Assembly (NCBI GenBank): GCA_028534125.1
Contig: CM052817.1
Coordinates: 64,854,001-64,918,000 of the forward strand
Length of the DNA stretch: 64,000 nt
Source of the DNA: Lama glama
Taxonomy: Eukaryota
Direction of reading: 5' to 3'
Shown here: positions 40,181 to 53,289 of the stretch, in pieces
How positions within the stretch are numbered: position 1 is the stretch's first letter
Layout of the letters: each line of letters starts with the position of its first letter
Program-made: the position numbers and the translations under genes
The notes under the pieces: model-generated
What the model saw: only the letters and a program-made list of their open reading frames with translations
Database searches by the model: none
What the model was told of the DNA's origin: nothing

Positions 40181-41049
40181 CTGTTAGGTGTCTATTTCTT
40201 CCTGAAATGATTTTGGTAATATATTCTTTTTCTAAAAATTATTTATTTTGTTTAAATATTAAAACTTATGGATCATATTATACATAATATCCACAGAATC
40301 TGTAAGATGTACCCTTTTACGTATCAGTTTTGTTAGCTTGTGTCTGATCAGTTTCAATTTTATTAGTATATCAAATAACTAATTTTTGTGGGTTTTTTTT
40401 GATCCTCTGTGTTGCATGTTTCTATTTTGTTGATTTATTTATCTTTTTTCTCTTTCCATTCACACTTTGTATTTTATTGTTCTTTTTCTAACTTCTTTTA
40501 TCTTTGTAACATATATATTTAAAGCTACAAACCCCCCTCTGAGGATTGCTTTAGCTGCTTTCATAATTTTTGCTATGTAACATTTTTATTAGGATTAAGT
40601 CAATCTTTTTTCTAATTCACATTATAATTTTTTGTTTGATTCATGACTTAATTCCTGGACATTATGTATGAAAAATCATTTATAGGAATCTGAAGCTCAT
40701 GATAAATGGATTTTCTTCCAGATAACTGGTGCTTGTTTCTGTAGGAACCCAGAGGCCCTGCCAACCTAGATCAACTTACCCAAGTTCAAACTTTGATCTC
40801 AGGCTATATTTCTTCAAGGATTTTGGACTTCTAGGTCACCTTCACCTTGAGGGATGTAGCCCTTTGTTGGCCTTTATTTGGGTCCTGAGCCTTGAGTCCT
40901 GTCTTTCAGAAACTTTAAGGCTGTAAAAAGGAAAGTTTTCATTCTCTAGGGTAAGACAGTGATCTCAGGGCAAAACTGGCTACTATACATCCTATAACCT
41001 CAAGTGTTTCATTTCCGCTTCACTTTTTGATCTATTAATTCCTATGTTA

Positions 41050-41166
41050 CATATGGAATATATATGTAAATATACACACATATATGTATGCATGTAAGTA
41101 AATACGTGTGTATATATATACCATTTACACATATGTATGTGTGACTGTGTGTGTGTATATATATAA
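41050..41166. repeat. TA/CA/TG alternating purine-pyrimidine low-complexity tract
   Basis: Mixed dinucleotide runs. Confidence 0.7.
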
Positions 41167-41947
41167 TAGCTATTCCCCAAAACAAGAATTCTACATAATA
41201 AACCTTAACAGAGGAGTGCATCTATGTACAAGATAGCTTTATTTTCAACTTTTTGTTCTATCAGTTCTAATCACCACAGTCCCGGTTGTTGACACATTCA
41301 GCCATCAGCTTATGTATCTTAAAATATCACTCACTTATGAAAATTAAAAAGCCTTTCTTGGAATAGACACAGATTTTTTTTTTAATTGCAAAAAGTATAT
41401 TTACCTCCCAGAACAAGAAAATGGCCTATTTCCTTTTCCAGCTAGTCAAGGGAAGTAATTTAGTTTACTGCTCCAATTCTCCAGCTCTCAGCTGGCATTA
41501 AGCAGAGTCAGGAAGCTGCAGTTCACACCATGTAGTCTCTTCACAGATAGCATGAAACTTCTCAGCTGACTCTTCCCAGCCATAAAACAGAAATCTCCCC
41601 AACTCAACAGAAAATCCCATGTATCATGAGTTGGTTGCTATCAGGAGCAGCAAGATAAATAATGGTTTCACATTAAATATTAAAAAATTATTACCTGAAT
41701 GTTTAACCAAGAGTTTAAAATGGTTTCATAAAAAGTAAATAATGTATCACTATTTGTTCTGTCTCTAAATGCAAATATTTGATAATTAGATTTTTAATGG
41801 AGGATTAAAACTAACCTCTTTTTATTTTCATGTATATCTCTCAATTAGCTATGAACTTTCTCATTCATTTTACATTCAATTTTCATAGAAAATATAAATG
41901 GATGCAAGTACATATTGATTGTATTATACCTTTGACCTTTGATTTAG

Positions 41948-42091
41948 GAAGAAATTAAGGTAAAAAACTCACCGTCACCACCAAAGGCATGCTCTTCTGC
42001 TGGCTCTTGTTCTTCAGAGGTGATAAGTGCCAAGACTGATGTCAAAGAGAGCACTGTCTGCATACCAAACTATCTGGATCAGGAAATCAAA
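41948..42091 (+). CDS. C4orf17: C4orf17 coding exon 4
   Basis: tttag|[51 protein letters not shown]. Donor AAA|gtaaga; 144 nt, phase 0-0. Confidence 0.93.
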
Positions 42092-44060
42092 GTAAGAGGC
42101 AGGTTTATTAAATCCGTAACTTGGGAACAGCATGCATACACAAAAAACCACATCACTAGTATCCTTAAAACTCTCTAATGGTTCCCACTGACAACTGAAT
42201 TGATTTAAAACTACTTAGCCTGAAATCCAAGGTCTGCTTCTATTTTTCACTTGCAGATTCTCCCCGGAATCCTGTCATTCTTACAGAAACACAGTCTTTG
42301 GTTTAGACATAATGAAAAGTTCAGTGTTTGCCAAACAAACTCGGCCTTATGTCTTCTTATGCCTTCCTAATGCTTGAAAGGCCTTACCCCCAACTTCTTT
42401 CCATTATCTGTACATCTCCTTCACATGTTTTAAGGCAGAGATTCCATCAATTAACACTCGTCTCTCCTTCTTAACTGTAGACAACTGTTTTCTCAAAATT
42501 TTTCTGCTTGGGGTTATAAACTTATATACTTGTCTGTCTTGGTTACTGCTTTATCTTTCATGCCTAGATAAGTGCTAGACAATTAGTAATTTTTAAATAA
42601 GTGTTTATTGAATGTTGAATAAATAAATAGAAAAGTGCTACCAAGATCAAAGTAGAACTTTAGAAAATCAGCTATCCACATAGACTCTTAGCTACGTAAC
42701 AGGCTGAGTGCAGTTTTAGTAAGGCTGTCTTGCTTCCTTGAGCACACCAATAGACCAGCATGATCCCACAGAACTGGCCTTGTAGGCTTCTGTTGAGAAG
42801 CTTTCCTCTCAAAAGTATCTTCCACCTTACAGGTATTGATTAAACTGGCCATCAATTGATATAAAATCCACTAAAATGTAAACTTTTTGAAGGAAGGGAT
42901 CTTATCTGCCTTGTTCACAACTAATTCCTCAGCATTCATCACTTTGCTTGAAAAATATTAACTGGCCTGCACAACATGGCATTTCATCAAATAGTTGTTA
43001 AATAAATGAAAGGAGAGGGAACAAGGTGAGAAAACAGGTCATATCAAGATTTTTTGGCTTGTATACATGGGTCCTAAAAATAGTACTCATTTTGGTGGTA
43101 CTTCATCCTCTCATGCCTCCTACAAAAAAAATCTAAAATACTTTCCAATTTCCTACTATCTAGGCTGGTAACTCTTTATGGGTTGTGAGATCAAGAAATG
43201 TTGGTGTAGGGGTAGGTGTGTAAGAAGGAGTTACTACTTTAAAGGAAAAGAAAAACAGAATTCTGCGTCTGTTAGCATTTTGTTTTGGCCTTCCTCCCAG
43301 AGATCTTCAATTTATAGGAATAATAGTCTCTTTACTATTGACACCAAGAGTCTGCCAAACACATTCATTGATTCTATAAATATTTAGTGTCAAATGACAA
43401 AATACTGGAGTTTGGGAATACAGTGGGTTCCTTCATTTACATAGCTTGTGAGAGGGACTGTACAAACTTTGTAAGAACATATAGAAGTCGATTTGGAGCT
43501 AAGAGAGTCTTCAAGGAGCAAGGAATCTAAAAAAATGTTTAAGATACAATTAGAAAGTGAAGAAAAGTATGGAAGAGGTCATTCTCAGGCAAGAGACCTT
43601 CGTATCTAAAGGCTAAGAAAGAGGTGAGAGCACTGGTTATTCAAGGAACAAAAGCGATTAATATGGCTGATGCAGAGGGTGCCGGGAGAAATCTGCCAAA
43701 GATGGGGCTGAAGACTTAAGCAGAGACCAGATAGTAAAGTACTTTATAAGCTGTATTGAGGTGTTCAGATTTCATCCCAAGGGCTGAATTACTTTATAAG
43801 TACAAGAACACATGGTCAGAGTTGTACTTTGGAAAAATCACTCTAGATCCAATACAGAGTTCATTTGGGAAGGGGAAACAGAATTGCAGGCAAGGTATTC
43901 TGCTTCCAAAATGATAGATTAGGTTCAAGACTTAGCCTCCAACTGTAAACAACTATACAAATAGACAAAAGAGAAAAACAAAGTGAATTGCTCCTCTAGA
44001 AGATGTCGGAACTGAACAGACAAAATAAGAGAAAACGGCATCGCCTAACCTAAATTATTG

Positions 44061-44294
44061 CAGTTGACCCTGGAACAAGACGAGTTTGAACTGTGCAGGT
44101 CCACTTATATGTGCATTTTTCAATAGTAAATACTACGATACCGCCTGATCCATGGCTGGTGAATCTATGGATGTGGAACTGTGAGTACAGAGGGACCAAC
44201 CACCTATGCAGAGGGCTGACTATAAGTTATACTTGGATTTTTAACTTCTTAGAGGGTTGGCACCCCTAACCCTGGCCTTCTCAAGGGTCAACTG
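44061..44294. mobile_element. MER8/Tigger2-family MITE (TcMar-Tigger)
   Basis: TIRs CAGTTGACCCTGGA ... TCAAGGGTCAACTG, 234 bp. Flanked by TG (left) and TA (right). Confidence 0.85.
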
Positions 44295-44462
44295 TACTTG
44301 TATTGAAGATGTTTTTTCCCTAATTGAAATCTGGCTCCTGAGCTAAAACCCCAATTGACTTGAGCATTGTGTACAGTGACAGTTGGGAAGATGAGACTGT
44401 GGAGAAAGTAAAGCAAACCTTATAAACCTTGATTACTGTGTAACTCTAATATTCTCTGTTAG

Positions 44463-44544
44463 ATTCTGGAAAAGCTCTGTAACATTTTACAGACTGATTC
44501 TCTGGCAGAAGTTCTACAGTGGCTGCTTCATGCAAGTTCCAAAG
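44463..44544 (+). CDS. C4orf17: C4orf17 coding exon 5
   Basis: gttag|[30 protein letters not shown]. Donor AAAG|gtgaga; 82 nt, phase 0-1. Confidence 0.94.
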
Positions 44545-45919
44545 GTGAGATTAAGCATTTGTAAGCACTGAGCTCAGTTTTTTCTTTTCTTTTCTTTTTT
44601 TTTTTTTTTGTCAGAAACTAGGAATGTACCAGTATCTGAAGCTTTTTATCTTGGATTTGCAAAGATAGTGTTGCAATATTACTTCCCTAGTGTTTCAGTA
44701 TCAGAGTCCTATGTATCCAGCTGTACGCAAGCTGGTCTTGCAGTGACCCAAACTTTGGTATGCTCCATGCTGAACTTCTTTGGGCGACGTGGAACACTTG
44801 TGTCCAGACCTGGTTTGCGCTTCTCTTCCTGAGTCCACACGCCCAGGCCCTCCCTGAGCATGTCTCCTGGCCGCCTCTGAACCCTGAACACAGCCTGTTG
44901 CCCTCCTTTGGTGTGGATGGCAGTAGCACAGCCTTCCAAGTTCCAGACTCTAACAGCTCTGCCAATTCCTCACCAAAACCGCCAAGTCAGTCATCTCCCA
45001 GCCTCCTTTAGGCCCTTCCTGGTGCCTGCGTTTCCATGAGGACATATTCCAGTCCCAAGTAGGATAACCATAAATAGCACAGAGCAGCTATCCTCAAATC
45101 CAGCTGGTCTCAGACTGAGACAGGCTTCTGAGGTGGACGGGGCCTGAGAGCTGGCATTTCTAACAAGTTCCCAGGTGACGTTGGAAGGGCTGGTTTGGGG
45201 ACCTCTCTTTGAAAATCGCTGCACGAATCAAAGTTAGGAAATACCAATGTGTTAGGGACAGACTAATGTTTTGAAATGGGGAGCATTTTGGAGATAGCAC
45301 CTTACCTCAAGAATTCAAGATTACTTGGCAGGCAATTGGGAAGTATTTGGGGGTCAGGAGTTTTTAGTTATTCTTTTTTTTCCCCACTTTTTAAGAATGC
45401 AACTTTTAAAAATTTACACAAGTATTGAGTGCTTATTGTTGGATGAAAAACAGATGAACCAGAAAAAAAAAAAAGAGGAAAAATAATAAAATTATTACAG
45501 ACATCATTTTAGTAATACTTTGGTATATATATCTTTGTAGAGATGCTTATAAATGTTATTTAACTATTAGTTTTTATTTTAATGAGATATTATACTTAAT
45601 ATTTTATATAGACATCATTATTATTATTTTTTTAAATTTGGCAGTGGCCTGTAAGGCTGGGTTTTGTACTCAGTATTTAAACTCTGTTCCACTGCCGTTC
45701 AGGGACAAGGACCCCAGTGAGCTGACTACTCTGAGCACTCTACAGTATCACAGGTCAACAGAAACTAGGTTGATGTGAACCTCTGACTCACACATAGGGG
45801 CCTACCCCCGAAACAGACCACCTTTCAACGCTGGAGAGCTGGGTCAAAGAACTAATCCTGTGTTTCCTGCTAATGTGATAATTATAACCTTCATGGCCCC
45901 TTCTTTTTTTTTAAATCAG

Positions 45920-46109
45920 AAAAGGAGTGGGTCTCAGCTTTGATTCATGCTGAGCTGGCTCAGATAAACTTGTTAACTCACCTCAGAAGAAGCACCTCAG
46001 CAGAACCAGCAGCAGAGACTGGGAGGCCACAGAAAGTCAAATCGCCCCCAAATTCACCAGCAAGATCAAAAGTGCTACCCAGATCTACGGAAAGACATCA
46101 ACTGAGCAG
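45920..46109 (+). CDS. C4orf17: C4orf17 coding exon 6
   Basis: Polypyrimidine tract plus atcag|AA AAG: (E)[62 protein letters not shown](R). Donor CAG|gtaatg; 190 nt, phase 1-2. Confidence 0.94.
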
Positions 46110-47164
46110 GTAATGAGGCCTAATGGGCCAACCTGTGGGGCATGGGGTTCATAAAAACTTTGAATTCCTTTCTGGTTATCTTTCAAAACACGAAAATGGC
46201 TGAGATTTTTAAGTATCTTCTTTATTCAGTAAATGACAGGAATGTGTATTTGTTTTCTTTCATTTTCATAAATGTAATATGAGAACCCATTCTAAATCCT
46301 ATTGTTCAGAGCGTTTTGGCAGAGGCTATGTTTTCCTTACCCAACAACCTATCTTTTTGAGAAAAGTTCCCTTTCTACTCAGGGCAAAGCAAGCGTAGTC
46401 ACCCAGAAATCTAAGCAACTATAGTGGTTTTTAGTTATTTAAAAACAGAAGCAATAAAGGAAACCAAAGTTGCACTGCTATTGTATATTGTTAAATGCTT
46501 ATCACAAGGGTATCACATTTTTTGTCTAGAACAATCCAAGATTAAAATATACTGCTTCACTTAATTTTCTCTGACATATGCCTGGGGGCTGCCAGAGGAA
46601 AAAACAACTATTAAGGAAATTGGAAATTATTTCAGTAGAAATTTTTCTTAAGCCTTGTAATTTCAATGACAGAAGAAAATACATATTTATGTATAACATC
46701 ATGGTCAAAGAATGTGGTAAGATGTTATTTAAGCTGGGAGAGAAAATCTTGTTGCTTTAAAATTAAAAGTTGGGTAAATCTTAAAAACAGAAAAAATAAA
46801 TATTCACAAACACATAACATGTCACTGTAAAAAGCATTAAGACAGGGGAGAATTTTACATTGCAATCTGTCTCCCCCTTGAAGTTTCCATAAAATTGGAA
46901 ACTGGGAGATAGGGTCAGTTTCTCTACCTTAGTGAGTAACATTTGAGGTACTGTTCCAATATTTACTCAAAGTCAGAAGAATTTTTCACTGAAAAGTACA
47001 TTTAATACTGTCTGCATCAAAAAATAAAAAAGAATTGGGATACTTGTTTAAGATACATATATATATATATACACACACACTTAGCTTATTGATGAGAGTG
47101 CAGTCTATAGAAAATACTTGTTTGTATCTGTGAATTTCATTTTCTCTTTCTCCAATTGATTTAG

Positions 47165-47208
47165 AGTGGCAAGCCAAGGATCTGAAGGAAATAAGGAAAT
47201 ACCAAAAG
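47165..47208 (+). CDS. C4orf17: C4orf17 coding exon 7
   Basis: tttag|A GTG: (R)VASQGSEGNKEIPK. Donor AAAG|gttaag; 44 nt, phase 2-1. Confidence 0.9.
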
Positions 47209-48690
47209 GTTAAGTACAGTTTGTGATAATTACTGAGTTGGTATAAGGAAATCAGTAAGTATCTAACTGTCAGAGATACAGAGGTTAAGGATCTATGGTT
47301 TTAAAGGCGGTATATGTATTACACTAATTTCCAGCTACCCTTAAGGGACAGCATCTGCCGAGTTTCTCACAGAGATAAACCTGCCCAGTACCTGACTTTG
47401 TTCTGAAAGGCGAAGCGTCTCATTCCTCCCTTTGAGGGCAAGACAGCAGGACAGCAGGAGCCCTAGCTTTGGTCATGCCAATCCAGTGACAGGGGAAGCC
47501 CTCCATGGACTTAACAGAAGGACAGTGATTTCAGAGTTTTGGTTCTTTGCAACTTAACTGTCATTAAGCTAAATGATTTTCACTTGCAACAAAGTCAACC
47601 AGAAAAAAAAACAGTAAAATTTTGATAATCATCTATAAGCAGATGCTCGTGACACAGCTGAGATACACAACAGAGTAAATGGCAGTTTGTGTCCCCATCA
47701 GAAGTCCAGCCCCAGCTGCAATTTGGACCAAGAAACATCAAGAATTGTGGCAAGTCCTAGTTTGGTCCAGAATAGTCCAACTGAAACACCCGTGGGTTTG
47801 GCAGCTCCTTACTTTAAAACAAACACAGCAACAATGGCTACAGTGCAACAACCATGAAGTATGCCTACAAGCCTCGAACAGAAGTCTCTCTTACCATTTC
47901 TGCAGGTTCCCCTTATACCAGGAATGATAGATACAGCAATCAGTCAGAGGTCCTTGAGGTCACTCTAGACCCCAGCAGTTTCCGCTGGGGTTAACCAAAC
48001 CTGAAAGAGCCTCTATCTGCCTATCTCTAGCTCTGAAATAAGTACAGTTAAGGAGTTAGAAAATACTCCCTTACTCTGACACCCCAAGCATGGTCTATTG
48101 TATCTGATGTCTCCTAACAAACGCTTCACCCTCAGGCCACAAAATCATGACAGTGATTGCTTCTATTACTCAAGTTTATGTCTTACCCATAGGCCTCAGA
48201 TATATTTTATCCAGCCTAGATATTTGTATAAAAATCCCCAAACCATACCCCTTTGTCTCCAGTGTTGTATCCGCATCACCCCAAATCCTTATTTCTGCTT
48301 GGGTGTAACCATGCAGGCCTTGGCAAGGTCTTATGAGTACAACTGTTTTAACCTCTTGTCTACTTTCTTTTTTATGTATCAGGACCATAGGTCCTTCTCC
48401 TCTCTCTGAATGACCCACCACCTTTGTCCACCACCAGTTCTAAATCATTCCTTCCAAAATTATACTTCATTCTAAGACTAAAAGAGTATATTCTGCATGT
48501 TATAGAATAAATAACTCATTAGAGATGAGCAGATAGAAAGATGAGAATAAATTATTTTACAAATTTTTGGTGCATCTGATTCACCTAAACTTCATAGACT
48601 TATCTGTATGTCATTTGCTGCTAAAACATGGCAGGAGCTACTATATTTGATGTCTCAACTATGGTCTTACTAAGACTTTTTCTATTTCAG

Positions 48691-48893
48691 AGGCTGAGCA
48701 CAACCCTCCATTGTTTATAAGAAGAAATAAAATGAAAATACCAGTTGCAGAATATTTCAGCAAACCAAAGTCTCCTCCCAGGCCTAAAACTCAGGAGAGC
48801 ATGTCAACGAAAGCAATGTCAGCAAGGAATATACAACAAGGATACAGTCTCTCTCCCCAAAGAGCATTTTATCCTGTAACACACCAAAGGTAG
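48691..48893 (+). CDS. C4orf17: C4orf17 last coding exon
   Basis: tttcag|AG GCT: (E)[31 protein letters not shown]...YPVTHQR then TAG. The joined CDS is 1071 nt with no frameshift or internal stop. Confidence 0.94.
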
Positions 48894-49047
48894 AAATTCT
48901 AGACTGAGCTAATTCTTTCACAAATATGAGATATTTCACTTTGTTGCAACATCAAATTATTAAAAAATCTTTTTAGAATGGAGGAATCAATAGCTCCTCT
49001 ATTTTGTGGCACATGTAAATTTCAAAGCACCTGTTATAATGCTACTA

Positions 49048-49053
49048 AATAAA
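49048..49053 (+). terminator. Probable C4orf17 polyadenylation signal
   Basis: First AATAAA after the stop codon, about 155 nt downstream. Confidence 0.55.
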
Positions 49054-50024
49054 AATTAATGGAGACAACATTTCTATTTATAATTAATTTAATGCTATGT
49101 GTAAAAAGAAGTATGTTTATTTACATACTACATTTTGCACTAGTCTTGCACTATTAATATTAGTATGTAAGCATTAGGCTCTGATACTAGAAAAATCATC
49201 CATAATCAGAATTAGGCAGTTTTAATTCAACACCTACCCCAAACTCTAATAGAAAATAAACAACAACAACAATAAACAAACATCTGAGTTTTAACATCTG
49301 AGCTACTTTCTGCAATCTACAGTTTTTCAGTGTTGTTGGACTATTAGAAGAATTCTCACCTCTCCCCAAAAAGAAGAGATATAAAAATGATTCCTAACTT
49401 ATGAGCCAGAAAGAAGCCAGTTTCCATTCACTGCTCACTGTGAATGATGTTAACACACTTCCTAATATTGAACTTTTGTATTTTGAATAAACCACTCTTG
49501 GGCCATACTATTATTCTTTCAGTGTATTGCTGAATTTATCCACCAATTAGCCACTCTTTTATTTAGAATATTTTTGCACTGATGGTCAAAACAGATACAT
49601 TTTGTGTGTACATGTGTGTACGCATATGATCACATACGATCTTAATGATAACATTTATACCACACTGTGTGTCAGGAGTCATTCTAAATACTTTAGATAT
49701 AGTAACTTATTTAATCTTCACAGTAACAATTTGAGTTATCCTCACTTTTTTCTAAAATAAGAAAACTGAGGCACAGAGAGTTGTGCTCATTGGGATGAGA
49801 CAAAACAGTTGTAACAGATATCATCATTCAAATACAACAGAGGTTTATTTCTCATGTAAGAGTCAAAAGTGTGTATTTTCAATCAGCAGATGACTTCATT
49901 TTACCTGGTGATTCAGAGGCCCAGGATCCTTCCATCTTGTGGTTCAACCATCACCTATGGTTTCATTAGCAACTTCATCATGCTGGCAAAAGGACAAAGA
50001 GAGTGGTAGAAAGTTTTAACTTCC

Positions 50025-50490
50025 TACAGCTGCTGTAATAAATTGCCACAAACTTAGTGGCTTAAACCAACACAAATTTAAACTCTTACAATTCTGGGGC
50101 CAAGGTCTGAAATGGATCTCATTGGGCTAAAATCAGGGTGGTGGCAGGGCTCCCTTCCTTTTGGAGGGTTTAGGGGAGAATCTGTTTCCTTGCCTTTTCC
50201 AACTTCCAAGAGAGTTTACCCTCAATTCTTGGCTCATGACTCCCTTCTATCTTTAAAGCCAGCAATGGCTAGTTGAGTTTTCCTCACATCACATCACTTA
50301 CACTGACTCTTCTGTCCCCCTCTTCCAATATTAAGGACCCAGTGATTACAAAGGGCCTGTCTGCTGTTTAGGTTATCAAAGATTATCTTAAGGTCCAACG
50401 ATTAGCAATTTAATTTCCCTTTACCATGTAACATTACAGATTCCAGGGATTAGGATCTTTGAGGGGACATTCTTCTGCCTTCCACAAGGG
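50025..50490 (-). mobile_element. MLT1 LTR, apparently nested in an older MLT-like element (about 49790-50660)
   Basis: gctgctgtaataaattgccacaaacttagtggcttaaacc..ggggagaatctgtttccttgccttttcca. Confidence 0.75.
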
Positions 50491-51359
50491 GGGTACATCT
50501 GCTTAAAATGGCCCTGAAATGGGAAATATCACTTCTAGTCACATTCCATGGTTGAGACCTAGACTAGCTAAAAGGGGGCTGATAAAATTATTAAGTAGGA
50601 ATCATATTGTGGCCACAACTATAGTCTAGGGAAAGGAAAACTGGATTTTGGTGGAAGCTGACTGACTCAAAAGTTTAGTGACTGGTTTAAAGTGTAGCTG
50701 GAATCTATTTGCTTAACCACTAGGCACTACTGATATGTATCAAGACCATACTCACTTCATAAAATTCACATCAAATCTTTCTCCCTATCTTTTTCCTGTC
50801 AGGGAGAGGCTGCAACAGCATTGTAGACTCCTTTTCCTTGAAAACTTAATAAAATTCACCTATCAGATGCCCATGTAGGTCTGGTGTTTCAAGGGTGGTA
50901 GTCCTTTGACAATTTTATTTCTTCTATGATAACTGGTCAGTTTATATTTTCTGTATTTTGGAGAATCAATTTTGGAGATTTTTATTGTCTTAGAAAATTA
51001 ATCATTCCATCCAGAGTTCTAAATTTATTTTCACTGTGTTAAGACAAATCTGTCTCATAATTCTCCAAAATTCCTCATTATGTTTATTCTGCAATCTCAT
51101 TTTTAGGTATTTATAATTTTTTGGCTCAATTAGCTAATGGCATTTTACATTTTACTATCACTTTCAGAAAATGAGATCTTGGGTTTAGTGCTATGTTGTA
51201 CAATATTATTGTTTTTTAATTCATTAATATCTCCTTTTACTCTTCATTTCTTTTAGTTTCTTTGGGCTTATTATTGTTCTAATGTCCTGAGTTGATTGTT
51301 TTTAGTATAGTTATATTCAGTCATTCTCATTTATTAGCACAAGTTTTTAAGGTGAGATT

Positions 51360-51532
51360 TATACCTAGAATGTAATGATGGTTCAATATAAGAAACTCAA
51401 TGTAATATACCACATTAATAAAATGAAGGACAAAAATCACACCATTATTTCAATTAATGCAGAAAGAGCATCTAATGAAATTCAGCACCCCTTCATGATA
51501 AAAACACTCAACAAACAAGGAATAGAAGAAAA
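51360..51532 (+). mobile_element. L1 ORF2 (RT region) fragment
   Basis: [37 protein letters not shown]. Confidence 0.85.
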
Positions 51533-51534
51533 TG

Positions 51535-53285
51535 TTTCCCTTATAATTTCCCTTATAATTCTTAACCTTAAAACCTGAATCTCTAGTGAAAAACCAAGAA
51601 GCAAGGACTAACAAAATATGGGTCGCCACTTCACCAATGACTTCTAACTGGGTCTGTTGCACCAAATTGGTAGACCAAGGGATTGAGATTTTAATCATGC
51701 TAGACTCGGATCCAGGACTTAGAACTTTGGAGTATCTCCAACTCTGTGTCATCTCCCAAATTGAGGCAGGCCTATGCCCCATTTCAGCAGGAAGCACCCA
51801 GAGCAGTCACTACTCCACTCCCTGAAACATCTGGGGAAGGATCAAAGAAAAGGCGTGTTTGAAACTGAGTCCCCCTAAAACTGAGTTCCTCTGCCAAGTT
51901 TATGATTAACCTCTATCCAAAACATTATTCCTTTTCTTGTCCAACACCTGTTCTCCTCAAGATCGAGGCGTATCAAAAAAAAAAAAAGGGGGGGGGGAGG
52001 ATTGATACTGAGCAGGATCCTGTAGGGTCCTCCCTGGTATGAATGGTTCCATGTCCCCCATTTCTTGTTGTAGGAAGCAGGCTTCATTCAGCCTCCTTGA
52101 CCTTCTCTGAGTTCCAAACAGCAGATTCAAACAGTTGCTAATCAAGGAACGGAGGGAATTTAGAAACAAGGGAGGAGCATTCAGGAAATAATAGTGCAGC
52201 TTTGGGGTAGGGTCCTTTTTCCTCCTCAAGAAATAGACATAATAATATTTAAGTTCTTCTGCAGGAACTGAGGCCCTCCAACCCCTGCCTCTTGATTAAG
52301 GCACTAGGTGATCAGCCTGCGTTGCGCCCCCTAGATGAACAGTGTTTACTTAATGTTCACAGTGAAGCACATCATGAGGATTGATCCTCAGACACTTCTG
52401 GGAGGTCCTCACTCACCTGAGGATGGCTTGTGGCTGGAAGGAGCAAAATGCCCCTTTATTCTTTGGAGCTGAATAATTCAGTCTCTTATTTCACCAGCAA
52501 AAGTTTTGTTCAGACCATTCATCAACTCATTTTTATTTTTTCCAATTTAAGCAAATTTAACAAAAACCCAGCCATCTATGTTCCCCCGGGCCTCTTGGCC
52601 AGACCCTCCTAGGTCCTGGCCTTGGAAATGAACTGGTGCCCCTTAAGAGTCCAAGTCTTAAGTGAAAACCATCTCAAATAAAATTTTTAGGGTCATCTCC
52701 CAAATAATGAGATCTGAATTATCAGGAGAACTCACCAGAACACCTGAGGAGTACAGAGAAGCCGGTGGGGCTCAATGGGCCCAAGCTGGTACCAAGCACT
52801 GGTTCTGGGTAGACTCCAGGTGTCCTCTGGCTGGTGTCTCTGATATCCTGCTGACTATGCCTAGTATATGTCAATGAAAAATTAATCAGCTGATATAAGA
52901 AAGAAATGGAAAACTTTATTCAAGCCAAAATTAAAGATTATTACCTGAGAAGAGCATCTCAGAAAGCTCTCAGAACTTTTCTACCTGTTAGAGGTCAAGG
53001 CACTGTTATATGTTTTTTGAGGCAGTTTATAGTTTTTGTTGACAGTTTACATAATCCAGATCTAAGTGCTATGTGACCCCTTATGAGATCAAGAAGGAAT
53101 GTTATTTTAAAGAAGTTGTCTTAGGAGAAGTTGCTCTTCATGGCTGAGTGGGGAATTTCCACTGATGGGGGAGGTTTGGTTGATGCATAATGCAGATACA
53201 CAGTGCACAGTGGGAGGCGAGAGGAGGCCAAAGGGCAGAGAAGAATTTTTTAATGTTTAAGTTCTTATTATCTCGCCATAAAATG
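51535..53285. mobile_element. ERV1-like LTR and internal fragments in mixed orientation
   Basis: Plus strand: polypurine tract (about 51976-52002) followed by TGATAC. Minus strand: tRNA-Ser-like PBS at 52845-52862 next to an LTR end at 52869, with AATAAA near 52916. Confidence 0.65.
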
Positions 53286-53289
53286 TGAT

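Noticed and set aside
52322..52337. Partial CTCF-like motif ttgcgccccctagatg
   Set aside because: Mismatches the conserved GTGG end and lies inside ERV-derived sequence.
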